Of a DNA stretch of 64,000 nt, positions 8,223 through 17,537 are shown in pieces. The notes beneath the pieces were generated by a model. The model was given only the letters and a program-made list of their open reading frames with translations, did no database searches and had not been told where the DNA came from. The DNA comes from Kiritimatiellia bacterium (lineage in GTDB: Bacteria > Verrucomicrobiota > Kiritimatiellia > RFP12 > UBA1067): contig JAZRVL010000014.1 of NCBI GenBank assembly GCA_045599105.1, positions 10,807 through 74,806 of the forward strand. The letters run 5' to 3'. Each line of letters starts with the position of its first letter. The first letter of the stretch is position 1. Position numbers and translations under genes: made by a program.

Positions 8223-9260
8223 ATGGCTACGAAGAAAAAAACTACTAAGAAGTCGGGCGAGAAGCTGTTTGAGGGTTATGAGCGTCGTGAGGCGAAGATC
8301 CTTGCAGCACTAAAGCCATACGGCATTAAGTCGATTGAAGAGTGTGCAACTATTTGCAAGAAGGCAGGCTTTGATCCTTACAAGATTGTTGAGGAAACTC
8401 AGCCAATTTGCTTTGAGAATGCAAAGTGGGCGTACACGGTGGGTGCAGCAATGGCAATCAAGAAGGGATGCAAAAAGGCAAAGGATGCCGCTGCTGAAAT
8501 CGGTGTTGGATTGCAGGCGTTTTGCATTCCAGGCTCGGTTGCAGAAAATCGTCAGGTCGGGCGTGGACATGGTAACCTCGGCGCGATGCTTTTGGACGAT
8601 GAGACGAAGTGCTTTGCGTTTCTCGCAGGTCACGAGTCGTTTGCGGCTGCTGAAGGTGCAATCAAAATTGCGCTTAATGCGAACAAGGTGCGCAAGACCA
8701 ATCTCAAGGTTATTTTGAATGGTTTGGGCAAGGATGCAGCGTACATTATAAGCCGCATCAATGGCTTTACTTATGTGAAGACCAACTTTAATAACAATAC
8801 CGAAAAGCTCAAAGTGGTTGCTCGTAAACCGTTCTCTAAAGGTCCTCGCGCGGCAGTTAACTGCTATGGTGCGGACAATGTTCCTGAGGGCGTAGCAATT
8901 ATGAAGTATGAGAACGTCGGCGTTTCCATTACAGGTAACTCGACGAATCCTACGCGTTTCCAGCATCCAGTCGCTGGCACTTACAAGAAGTGGTGCTGGG
9001 AAAACGGGCGGAAGTATTTCTCGGTCGCTTCGGGCGGTGGTACTGGTCGTACACTTCATCCTGACAATATGGCAGCAGGTCCTTCAAGCTACGGCATGAC
9101 GGACACGATGGGTAGAATGCATTCGGACGCGCAGTTCGCAGGAAGCTCTTCTGTGCCTGCACACGTCGAAATGATGGGACTCATCGGTATGGGCAACAAT
9201 CCTATGGTTGGTGCTACTGTTGCAGTTGCGGTTGCAGTCGAGGAAAGTTTTAAGAAGTAA
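8223..9260 (+). CDS. GGGtGRT-motif family protein (uncharacterised conserved family)
   Basis: 345 aa with the eponymous SGGGTGRTLHP motif; strong RBS GGAAAGGAG 8 nt upstream; 18 nt downstream of the NifU-like gene (co-operonic). Confidence 0.65.
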   Translation: MATKKKTTKKSGEKLFEGYERREAKILAALKPYGIKSIEECATICKKAGFDPYKIVEETQPICFENAKWAYTVGAAMAIKKGCKKAKDAAAEIGVGLQAFCIPGSVAENRQVGRGHGNLGAMLLDDETKCFAFLAGHESFAAAEGAIKIALNANKVRKTNLKVILNGLGKDAAYIISRINGFTYVKTNFNNNTEKLKVVARKPFSKGPRAAVNCYGADNVPEGVAIMKYENVGVSITGNSTNPTRFQHPVAGTYKKWCWENGRKYFSVASGGGTGRTLHPDNMAAGPSSYGMTDTMGRMHSDAQFAGSSSVPAHVEMMGLIGMGNNPMVGATVAVAVAVEESFKK

Positions 9261-9268
9261 TAATCAAA

Positions 9269-9345
9269 GGACCCTTAGCTCAGTCGGTCAGAGCGGGAGA
9301 CTCATAATCTCTTGGTCGTGGGTTCAAGTCCCGCAGGGTCCACCA
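9269..9345 (+). tRNA. tRNA-Met (anticodon CAT; elongator-type; could alternatively be the lysidine tRNA-Ile2), CCA encoded
   Basis: Cloverleaf: acceptor GGACCCT/AGGGTCC, D-arm GCTC..GAGC, anticodon stem GGAGA/TCTCT with loop CTCATAA, T-loop TTCAAGT, 3' CCA. Confidence 0.8.
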
Positions 9346-9357
9346 ACTTAAAGGGCG

Positions 9358-10797
9358 ATGGGCAATCTTAGATTGATTAGAGTACTGACGATGGCGGCGA
9401 TGGTCGCCATCGTTGGTTGCTCTACAATCATGAATGCGCGCGATGCGCAGGAGAGTGTCGCGGCTAAAAGCTTGGACGATGCGGTAATGCCTGAAGATGC
9501 AAAGGTGCGTCTTCACGGATATGCGCTTGAAGCTTTAGTAGCATATGCACTCACCAATCGCCCCTCGGTAGTTTCTGCAAAATTGGCAGTTGATGATGCA
9601 CGACTTGCGCTTAAAGAAGTTGCTGCTGATGCACCGATTTTAAGTGATACACCATGGACATCACCGAAGCTTTCGCTATCAGGATCGTACTCAGAGTCGA
9701 GTACGGGGTCGAAATTGCGAGATGCCGATTGGCGTTTAAGCGGTGATGTATCAGCAGGAGTTTCGTTAGATTTATTGGTATGGGACTTTGGCCGTAATGA
9801 TGCGAGGAAAAATGCAGCGGTGGAGCGAACGATTGCTACGGAATTGGAATTGGTGAATGAGGGGTATGCAGTTTTTTCAGATGTCGCAAATTCGTATTTT
9901 ACTTTATTGGAAAGAGGTGCGTTATTGGAAGTTGCGTGTACCAATGAATATGAGTATTTAATTCATTTGGATCGAGCAGAACGTAGAGCCGAAAATGGTG
10001 AAGCCAAGAAGTTGGATGTATTAAAAGCACGTTTAGATTACGCATCTTCGCGGGAAAAAACGATTAATGCTTCAAACGATGTAGTCACGGCAGGAGCGGA
10101 GTTTATGCGCGCTTTGGGGATTGATGCTTCTAATGGGACGCGGAAAGAGGTTATTGATTTTGAGGGCAATGCGCTTACTTTTGCGATGCAAGGGTTTCCA
10201 GAGTCAAGTTGTGATGTTAAAACGGCATTTGAGCTCGCACGAACCAATTCGCCTACAATGAAAATTGCTCGCGCAAAATTACGTATGGCAAGTGCTAATG
10301 TTGATTATGCAATTGCCGATTTAATGCCGTCGGTTTCAGTTTCAGGATCGTTTAGCTGGACGGATCCCTTGTGGTTTTTTAGGTGGGGAGCAGCGGCTAC
10401 GCAATCGCTATTCCAAGGTTTTCGGAAAACAACTGCGGTTGATCGCGCGGTAGTTGCTTTGGAGCAAGCATCAGCAGAGGTAGATCAAGTGGAGCAACGG
10501 CTTTCGGTAGATATTGAGCTTGCGATTGCTACGCGTGATAATGCACGTGAGGCGCGAAAAACGGCGAGTGATGCGCTTAGAGAGGCAAAGGAGAATTTGG
10601 AACTTGTAAAGCGACAATTTGATGTGGGAGAGGCGAGTCGTGTAGATTTTACAAGTGCGGTTTCTTCGTGTATTAAGGAGCTTGGTAATTCGATTAGTGC
10701 CTTTTATCAGGGACAACGCGCAGAAGCTGCAATATTTGCGCTTGTCGGGCGGTATCCAGTTTATGAGGAAAAAGTACTTACGGAGGATGATGAATGA
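9358..10797 (+). CDS. TolC-like outer membrane efflux protein (OMF family), lipoprotein-type signal
   Basis: 479 aa; lipobox-like IVGCS N-terminus; two-repeat helical OMF architecture; first gene of the MacAB-type operon. Confidence 0.7.
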   Translation: MGNLRLIRVLTMAAMVAIVGCSTIMNARDAQESVAAKSLDDAVMPEDAKVRLHGYALEALVAYALTNRPSVVSAKLAVDDARLALKEVAADAPILSDTPWTSPKLSLSGSYSESSTGSKLRDADWRLSGDVSAGVSLDLLVWDFGRNDARKNAAVERTIATELELVNEGYAVFSDVANSYFTLLERGALLEVACTNEYEYLIHLDRAERRAENGEAKKLDVLKARLDYASSREKTINASNDVVTAGAEFMRALGIDASNGTRKEVIDFEGNALTFAMQGFPESSCDVKTAFELARTNSPTMKIARAKLRMASANVDYAIADLMPSVSVSGSFSWTDPLWFFRWGAAATQSLFQGFRKTTAVDRAVVALEQASAEVDQVEQRLSVDIELAIATRDNAREARKTASDALREAKENLELVKRQFDVGEASRVDFTSAVSSCIKELGNSISAFYQGQRAEAAIFALVGRYPVYEEKVLTEDDE

Positions 10798-12023
10798 AGT
10801 TGGCATATTTGCTATTAGTTTTAGGATTGATAGTTGCGGGGTGCTCTAATAATGTGGTGAGTGAAGCAGAGATTGCTCGCAAGTTTCGCTTTGCTCCAAT
10901 TACTCGTAGTGATATTATTCGTACTGTAGAGGCGACAGGCACGGTTACTCCGCGTAATACTTCAAATGGAATTCCAGTAGGTGCGCAAGTAACTGGTAAA
11001 GTGGTTAAACTTTTTGTTGATTACAATTCCACAGTTACCAATGGGCAGATTGTTGCGCTTATTGATCCATTAGTGTATGAGGCCGCTTATAAAAGTGCGG
11101 TTGCGCAGCTTCATGTCAATCAGGCAAATTTGCGGCAATGTGAAGTGGCATTAACCTTAGCAAAAAAAACCTTGGCGCGTAAGCAACAACTTTTTGAACG
11201 GCAACTTTGCTCGGAAGCAGATTTAGATGCAGCAATTGAAAACCATGATATTGCCGAGGCTAAAGTGGCAAGCGCAAAAGCAGCGATTGAACAAAGTGAA
11301 GCGACCGCCAGCCGTGCAGAAGCAGATTTGAGTTATTGCACAATTCGCTCGCCAGTTAATGGAATCGTGATTGATCGTAAGGTTGAGGAGGGCGAGACCG
11401 TTGTCTCGTCCATGAACGCCACTCCAGTTTTAACGATTGCGGAGGATTTAAAGGTTATTTGGATTGAAGCCACAGTTCCAGAGGCGGATGTTGGCAACCT
11501 TAAAGTTGGACAAGAAGTTTCCTTTACAGCTGATGCGTATCGTAAGCGTTTTAAAGGAACGGTGAAACAAATTCGGTTGGCACATACTACTACCAATAAT
11601 GTAGTTACTTATCCGATTATTATTGAGGCGGAAAACCCAGGCGAGATGTTATTCCCAGGAATGACGGCAACTTTAATCATTGAAACTGCGCGTGCGGAGG
11701 ATGTGCTTTGTGTAGCGGCAGCAGCTTTTCGTTTTCGTCCTAAGGCAAGTGATTTAATGGAAAAAGTACCAAGCGGACGCAAACTTTGGATTGTAGGGGA
11801 TAATGGCAAGCCTACGCCAATTGTGGTGGAAGAGGGCATATCTAATGATTCCTTTACCGAGATCACGGGTGCGAATAGTTCGCTTTTGGAAGGCAAAGAG
11901 GCGATTATTGGATATCAAACGACTACCACCATTGATTCAGACGACGACACCTCCAATCCGTTTATGCCAAAAATGCCTGGCCAAAATAAGAATAAGGGTA
12001 CTGCGCCAGAGCCACGCAAATAA
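10794..12023 (+). CDS. macA: Efflux transporter periplasmic adaptor subunit (HlyD/MacA membrane-fusion family)
   Basis: N-terminal lipoprotein-like signal; biotinyl/lipoyl-like and beta-barrel MFP motifs; overlaps neighbours by 4 nt. Confidence 0.8.
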   Translation: MKLAYLLLVLGLIVAGCSNNVVSEAEIARKFRFAPITRSDIIRTVEATGTVTPRNTSNGIPVGAQVTGKVVKLFVDYNSTVTNGQIVALIDPLVYEAAYKSAVAQLHVNQANLRQCEVALTLAKKTLARKQQLFERQLCSEADLDAAIENHDIAEAKVASAKAAIEQSEATASRAEADLSYCTIRSPVNGIVIDRKVEEGETVVSSMNATPVLTIAEDLKVIWIEATVPEADVGNLKVGQEVSFTADAYRKRFKGTVKQIRLAHTTTNNVVTYPIIIEAENPGEMLFPGMTATLIIETARAEDVLCVAAAAFRFRPKASDLMEKVPSGRKLWIVGDNGKPTPIVVEEGISNDSFTEITGANSSLLEGKEAIIGYQTTTTIDSDDDTSNPFMPKMPGQNKNKGTAPEPRK

Positions 12024-12709
12024 TGGATCACCTTATTGAGGTTACTGATCTTCGCAAGATTTATCATATTGGTGATGAATCAGTGCACGCGTTAGATGGT
12101 GTTTCTTTAACCATTGATAATGGTGAGTTTGTGGCAATCATGGGGTCGTCTGGTTCGGGCAAGTCAACTATGCTTAACATTCTTGGTTGCTTAGATACGC
12201 CAACGTCAGGATCATATAAGCTGGATGGTTTAGAGGTTGCCAAGCGTTCAATGACGGAGCTTGCCTATCTCCGCAATCGTAAATTGGGGTTTGTCTTTCA
12301 AAATTTCAATTTGCTTCCACGTACTCGTGCGGTAGAGCAAGTTGAGCTTCCAGATTTATATATGGGACGGTTGACTTGGATAAAACGTCGTCGACGGGCA
12401 TTGGAGCTTTTAAAGCGTGTGGGCTTAGGCGGCCGTACAGGGCATACCCCAGCGCAGCTTTCAGGTGGTCAGCAACAGCGCGTTGCGATTGCGCGGGCAT
12501 TGATGAATGAGCCTCCAGTATTATTTGCGGATGAGCCGACTGGAAATTTGGATACGAAAAGCTCAATTGAGATTATGAACCTTTTTACTGAACTCTCCAA
12601 AGAGGGAATTACCATCGTAATGGTTACGCATGAAGATGATATAGCCGCCTACGCCAAACGTCGGATAGTGATGCGCGATGGAAAGATGGTTAAGGACGAG
12701 CGCCAATGA
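12023..12709 (+). CDS. macB: ABC transporter ATP-binding protein, MacB/LolD type
   Basis: Walker A GSSGSGKST, signature LSGGQQQRVAIARAL, Walker B LFADEPTGNLD. Confidence 0.85.
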   Translation: MDHLIEVTDLRKIYHIGDESVHALDGVSLTIDNGEFVAIMGSSGSGKSTMLNILGCLDTPTSGSYKLDGLEVAKRSMTELAYLRNRKLGFVFQNFNLLPRTRAVEQVELPDLYMGRLTWIKRRRRALELLKRVGLGGRTGHTPAQLSGGQQQRVAIARALMNEPPVLFADEPTGNLDTKSSIEIMNLFTELSKEGITIVMVTHEDDIAAYAKRRIVMRDGKMVKDERQ

Positions 12710-13932
12710 ACTTTTGGATGATTTTTAAGGTTGCTGTTCTTGCTATCCTTCGCAATAAAACACGAAGCCTGCTTACATGCCTTGGAATAATCGTGGGTAT
12801 CGCGGCAGTTATTGCAGTGATGGCGATTGGCAAGGGCGCTCAGACGTTGATGGTCAAAGAAATCTCTTCTATGGGCAATAATTTGGTGATGGTATTTCCT
12901 GAGCGCAATAATCGCGGAGCAGTTTCGGTTGGTATGGGACAAGGGCAGACAATGACGGCGGCTGACGCGGAGGCGATTAAGCGTGAATTGCCCCATTTGG
13001 TGCAAGGTGTAAGTCCGCAAGTGCGTGCGCAATGTCAAATGATGTATGGTGCAAAGAACTGGTCAGGCAGTGTTCAAGGAGTTTCCACCGATATCACTAT
13101 GATTGCGAATTGGACAGTGACGGATGGAAGATTCTTCACCGAGGACGAGCAAGAGCGTTGTGCGCGAGTTTGTGTAATTGGTACAACGGTTAAGGCAAAT
13201 CTTTTTACCGATGACGATCCAGTTGGAAAGACTATTCGCTTAGGAGCGATGACCTACAAAGTAATTGGAGTTTTGGGCTCAAAAGGCGCAAATAATTTTG
13301 GCCAAGATCAAGACGATGTTATTATGGCTCCTTATACTTCCGTGCAACGCTATCTGCAGCGTTCGAAATTTCGCAATATCAATATGATGAATATTTCGCT
13401 GATTACGATGGCTGATTTGGAAGAAGCCAAGCGAGAAATTAGTGCGCTTTTAAGACAACGTCATCATCTTGCGGACTACCAAGACAACGACTTTGAAACT
13501 CGAGACACTACGGAAATTATGAATACTATTGGCTCGGTGACTGGATTAATGACGATTCTATTGACCGCGGTGGCTGCAATTTCGCTATTAGTTGGGGGTA
13601 TTGGGATTATGAATATCATGCTTGTTTCAGTGACGGAGCGTATTAAAGAGATTGGTCTTAGAATGGCAATTGGTGCTACACCTTCAAATATTTTAGTTCA
13701 ATTTCTTTTGGAAGCGATAGTGCTATCAACAGTTGGTGGAGCAATTGGCATTGTTGTAGGAATTGTTGGAGCAGAGGCGATTGGCTCGGTAAAGGGTTGG
13801 CCAATTGAGATTGAGACGGCAAGTGCGATTTGTTCATTTCTTTTTTCGGCTTTTGTAGGCATGTTCTTTGGGTTTTATCCTGCATATCGGGCTTCAAAAC
13901 TTAATCCAATTGACTGTCTTCGCTACGAATAA
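12706..13932 (+). CDS. ABC transporter permease, MacB/FtsX family
   Basis: 408 aa; N-terminal TM, large periplasmic domain, C-terminal FtsX-like 3-TM bundle; translationally coupled to the ATPase. Confidence 0.85.
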   Translation: MNFWMIFKVAVLAILRNKTRSLLTCLGIIVGIAAVIAVMAIGKGAQTLMVKEISSMGNNLVMVFPERNNRGAVSVGMGQGQTMTAADAEAIKRELPHLVQGVSPQVRAQCQMMYGAKNWSGSVQGVSTDITMIANWTVTDGRFFTEDEQERCARVCVIGTTVKANLFTDDDPVGKTIRLGAMTYKVIGVLGSKGANNFGQDQDDVIMAPYTSVQRYLQRSKFRNINMMNISLITMADLEEAKREISALLRQRHHLADYQDNDFETRDTTEIMNTIGSVTGLMTILLTAVAAISLLVGGIGIMNIMLVSVTERIKEIGLRMAIGATPSNILVQFLLEAIVLSTVGGAIGIVVGIVGAEAIGSVKGWPIEIETASAICSFLFSAFVGMFFGFYPAYRASKLNPIDCLRYE

Positions 13933-13933
13933 A

Positions 13934-13942
13934 TGGTATAAT
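13934..13942 (+). promoter_or_regulatory. Extended -10 TGGTATAAT promoter with downstream AAGGAG RBS
   Basis: TGGTATAAT at 13934-13942; AAGGAG at 13955-13960; ATG at 13967. Confidence 0.45.
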
Positions 13943-13966
13943 ACACATAAAATAAAGGAGTTTTTT

Positions 13967-14647
13967 ATGTCGCTTAATATTGTCACGGAAATTGATAATC
14001 GCATTGCAATTAAGAATGTGCTTATGTCGGTGTCGGATAAGACAGGATTGGAGAGTTTTGTCCCTGCACTGGTAAAAGCTTGCCCAGGGGTAAAGATTTA
14101 CTCAACGGGAGGAACCTATGTGAAAGTGAAGGAGATTTTGGGCGTAGATGCCGACAAGACCTTGGTTGCGGTTTCGGATTATACTGGGCAGCCCGAAATG
14201 CAAGGTGGATTAGTTAAGACATTGGATTTTAAGATTTACTTGGGACTTTTGTCGGAAAAGTATAATGATGCGCACCAAGCAGATCTCAAGCGGTTGGCGG
14301 CAAACCCAATTGATATGGTGGTAGTCAATCTCTATCCTTTTCGGGAGACAGTTGCAAAAGCGAACGTGACGCCTGAGATGGCGCGTACCAATATTGACAT
14401 TGGTGGACCTTGCATGGTTCGCGCCTCAGCGAAGAACTATTTGCGGGTTGCGTCAGTAACGGATCCCTTGGATTATGCGAATATTGCAACCGAGCTTGCT
14501 GCGCATGATGGAACGTTAGGATTGGATACGCGTTTTAAACTTATGAAGAAGGCATTTTCGCATACTGCGGAATATGACACAGCGATTTCGAAGTTTTTCA
14601 CAACTCGCACTTGGGAAGAAGTTAACAAGACGTATAACCAACATTAA
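13967..14647 (+). CDS. purH: IMP cyclohydrolase domain protein (MGS-like N-terminal domain of PurH), standalone; no AICAR-transformylase domain
   Basis: VLMSVSDKTGL...YSTGGT...DMVVVNLYPF motifs of PurH IMPCH; only 227 aa from ATG 13967 (the ORF tool began at 13868). Confidence 0.65.
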   Translation: MSLNIVTEIDNRIAIKNVLMSVSDKTGLESFVPALVKACPGVKIYSTGGTYVKVKEILGVDADKTLVAVSDYTGQPEMQGGLVKTLDFKIYLGLLSEKYNDAHQADLKRLAANPIDMVVVNLYPFRETVAKANVTPEMARTNIDIGGPCMVRASAKNYLRVASVTDPLDYANIATELAAHDGTLGLDTRFKLMKKAFSHTAEYDTAISKFFTTRTWEEVNKTYNQH

Positions 14648-15651
14648 TGAAGGTAGTCCACCTTGTCCCAGCGATGGAGCAGGGCGGCGTTGAGCGCGTC
14701 GTCTGCGATTTATGTCGTGCGCTTGCTCAGCATGGAGTGGAAAGTGTAGTTGTCTCCAAGGGCGGAAGGTTAGTTGCAGAATTAACAAAGGTTGGCGCAC
14801 GGCACATTGTGGTGGACGTTAAGTCCAAGAATCCATTTACGTATTTTTGGCGTGTGCGGAAATTGCGGCAGTTATTAATGAGGGAAAAGCCCGATCTGGT
14901 TTGCGCCCATTCACGAGTACCAGCTTGGCTATTTTTTAGCGCTAATCGGACTTTGCGTTTTAAGTGGATAACTTATGCGCATGGAGCGAATTCGGTGTCC
15001 AAGTATTCTGCGATAATGACCAAAGGAGACCTCACTATAACTCCTTCCAGATTTCTTGCGCAATTTCTTAAGGACAATTACGCAATTACGGATGAACGGC
15101 TTAGAGTGATTCATCCTGCAGTAGATACGGATAAATTTAATCCAGAAAAGGTAGATAAGGATTTTATTGCTAAGCGTCGTCAAGCTTGGGGAATTAATGA
15201 GGGTGACTATGTGGTTATGGCGGTTGGGCGTATTACCCCGCTTAAAGGATATGAGGCGTTAATTCGGGATTTTCCGCTTGAGGGCAAAAAATTGGTCATC
15301 GTTGGCGAACCGGATAAGCGGCATTTTGCTTATTTTGAGCGACTCAAGGCAATTGCTAAAGATAATGTTGTTTTTGCGGGATATGAGAGTAAGATTCCCG
15401 AATGTTTGGCAATCGCAGACGAGGTGGTTTCCGCTAATTCAAGCAAGCCAGAATCGTTTGGGCTTTCGGTTGCTGAGGCCTATGCGATGAATAGGCGAGT
15501 TTCTGCGAAATGTTTCGGTGGTGTGGGGGAAATAATGCAAGAGGTTAAAGCAGCCAATAAATCATCATCGCGTGAGGCAATAAAAGAACTTTATTCTTAT
15601 GATAAAATGAGCCGCGAAACTATAGCGGTTTATACTTCATTGGTTCAATAA
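14647..15651 (+). CDS. Glycosyltransferase family 4 (GT1 fold)
   Basis: MKVVHLVPAMEQGGVERVV N-terminus; C-terminal E-x7-E-like FGLSVAEAYA motif. Confidence 0.7.
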   Translation: MKVVHLVPAMEQGGVERVVCDLCRALAQHGVESVVVSKGGRLVAELTKVGARHIVVDVKSKNPFTYFWRVRKLRQLLMREKPDLVCAHSRVPAWLFFSANRTLRFKWITYAHGANSVSKYSAIMTKGDLTITPSRFLAQFLKDNYAITDERLRVIHPAVDTDKFNPEKVDKDFIAKRRQAWGINEGDYVVMAVGRITPLKGYEALIRDFPLEGKKLVIVGEPDKRHFAYFERLKAIAKDNVVFAGYESKIPECLAIADEVVSANSSKPESFGLSVAEAYAMNRRVSAKCFGGVGEIMQEVKAANKSSSREAIKELYSYDKMSRETIAVYTSLVQ

Positions 15652-15654
15652 ATA

Positions 15655-15663
15655 TGGTATAAT
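15655..15663 (+). promoter_or_regulatory. Extended -10 TGGTATAAT 9 nt upstream of ATG 15673 (leaderless-type)
   Basis: TGGTATAAT 15655-15663; no RBS possible before the ATG. Confidence 0.45.
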
Positions 15664-15672
15664 AAACTCGTT

Positions 15673-16407
15673 ATGGATATTATTTCTTCAAAGCATTCAT
15701 GGTTGTTGGCGCCAATAGTATTTGTACTTGGGCTATTAAGTTTGCTTGTGATTTGGGCAGTAATGGAGCCGAGTGAGCTAATCCTCATGTTTGACAATGA
15801 TGGACACTCGCCCATAGAGTTAATGACTTTGCCACTTTTTGCGCTGATTGTTCCGTTGGTTTGGCTTTGCCCGCCTAATGCTGGAACAGCCAAGCGTCAA
15901 GTGTTTTGGTCGTCAATTTGGTCGATTTTGGGAGTCATTGCAATTATTCGGGAAACAGATTTGCATAAGTGTTTGTTTGCCAAGATTTGGCCAGAGGTTG
16001 CGAACACTTTTCCAGGAACGGTCTATAAGATGAACTTTCTTAAGGCGAGCGAAGTTCCGCTCATGCCCAAGCTCTTTGTGCTTTGCTTTTTCATCTGCTT
16101 TTTCGTCGCAGTATTGTTGCCGTTAATTCGCTACTTGCTTGCGCTAATTAAGGGTTTTTTTGCTTTGCGCCCAGTGGCATGGTCGGCAGCGACATTTGGC
16201 TGTGCTTCAGTGATGGTGATGATCGTCGATCGGCTCCCTGCAAATTTGCGGCAATGGGGAGTGCAAGGACTTGATGATTCAAGTGCATGTCTGTCGCTAA
16301 TGAAAGCATTTGAAGAGGGCGGGGAGATGCTGATGGCACTTTTGGCGCTTTTGACTTTCTTGCAATCGCATCTTATTTTTGTTCGCAACCAAGGAAGTGT
16401 AAAATGA
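15673..16407 (+). CDS. Hypothetical polytopic membrane protein
   Basis: 244 aa with several hydrophobic segments; lies inside the glycan-biosynthesis gene block. Confidence 0.4.
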   Translation: MDIISSKHSWLLAPIVFVLGLLSLLVIWAVMEPSELILMFDNDGHSPIELMTLPLFALIVPLVWLCPPNAGTAKRQVFWSSIWSILGVIAIIRETDLHKCLFAKIWPEVANTFPGTVYKMNFLKASEVPLMPKLFVLCFFICFFVAVLLPLIRYLLALIKGFFALRPVAWSAATFGCASVMVMIVDRLPANLRQWGVQGLDDSSACLSLMKAFEEGGEMLMALLALLTFLQSHLIFVRNQGSVK

Positions 16408-17537
16408 TTCACTTTAATCGGCCCTATATGACTGGCAATGAGACGGAGTACATCCGTCAAGCAGTCATAAACGGCAAGATTTCGGGAAATGGCGAGTTTA
16501 CCAAAAAATGCCAAGCGTTTTTCGAATCACGCTATGGTTTTAAACGCTGTTTGCTTACGACTTCTTGCACGGATGCTTTGGAGATGGCGGCGATTCTTAC
16601 GGGAGTAGGTCCAGGCGATGAAGTCATTGTGCCATCCTACACCTTTGTTTCAACGGCACTTGCGTTTGTGCGTACGGGGGCGAAGATAGTTTTTGCCGAT
16701 AGTCGCCAAGACGAGCCCAACATTGATGCGAGTAAATTGGAGTCGCTCATAACTCCAGCTACCAAGGTGATCGTGCCTGTGCATTATGCGGGCTGTGCGT
16801 GTGATATGGATGCAATCATGGCAATCGCCAAACGTCATTCGCTTATGGTGGTTGAGGATGCCGCACAAGCAATTGATTCTTTTTATATTGGTAAAGATGG
16901 AGTTAAGCGCGCATTGGGATCAATTGGTGATTTGGGATGCTTTTCGTTTCATGAAACCAAAAATATCATTTCAGGCGAAGGCGGAATGCTTGCAATTAAT
17001 GATGAGCGGCTTATTCGGAGAGCGGAGATTATTTGGGAGAAAGGGACGAATCGCGCAGAGTTTTTTCGCGGGGAAGTCAATAAATATGGTTGGGTGGATA
17101 CGGGATCTTCGTTTTTGCCAACGGAGATTGTCTCAGCATTTCTTTGGGCGCAGTTAGAACATATTGATGAAATTCAGGTGGAGCGTAAACGGCTTTGGAA
17201 TGTCTATTTTGAGACAATGAAAAAGTTTTCCGATCGTGTGAGTTTGCCCAAGATTCCTGAATATGCGACCAATAATGCGCACATGTTCTATCTTTTATTC
17301 CAGGATCTCGTGCAGCGAACAGATTTTATTGCGAAAATGAAGGCAAAGGATATTTTGACGGTGTTTCATTATTTGCCGCTACATTCTTCGGAGTTTTATC
17401 GTTCGCGTCATGATGGAAGAGCGTTGCCCAATTGTGATCGCTATGCCGATACCTTGGTGAGACTGCCGCTTTATTGCGGGCTTAAGCCCGATCAAGATAA
17501 AGTGATTTCGGCAATTGAGGAGTCGCTCTCATCGTGA
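16404..17537 (+). CDS. DegT/DnrJ/EryC1/StrS-family PLP-dependent sugar aminotransferase (WecE/ArnB-like)
   Basis: MIHFNRPYMTGNETEYIRQAV..., PLP-lysine region SFHETKNI, 377 aa. Confidence 0.8.
   Translation: MIHFNRPYMTGNETEYIRQAVINGKISGNGEFTKKCQAFFESRYGFKRCLLTTSCTDALEMAAILTGVGPGDEVIVPSYTFVSTALAFVRTGAKIVFADSRQDEPNIDASKLESLITPATKVIVPVHYAGCACDMDAIMAIAKRHSLMVVEDAAQAIDSFYIGKDGVKRALGSIGDLGCFSFHETKNIISGEGGMLAINDERLIRRAEIIWEKGTNRAEFFRGEVNKYGWVDTGSSFLPTEIVSAFLWAQLEHIDEIQVERKRLWNVYFETMKKFSDRVSLPKIPEYATNNAHMFYLLFQDLVQRTDFIAKMKAKDILTVFHYLPLHSSEFYRSRHDGRALPNCDRYADTLVRLPLYCGLKPDQDKVISAIEESLSS

Noticed and set aside
8310-9059. 249-aa minus-strand ORF
   Set aside because: It lies antisense inside the GGGtGRT gene, which has a strong RBS and a family-defining motif. 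It has no RBS and an odd composition
9269-9345. Initiator tRNA-fMet
   Set aside because: The anticodon stem lacks the three consecutive G-C pairs, and the 1-72 pair is a normal G-C. It is more consistent with elongator Met, or the tRNA-Ile2 lysidine type, than with an initiator
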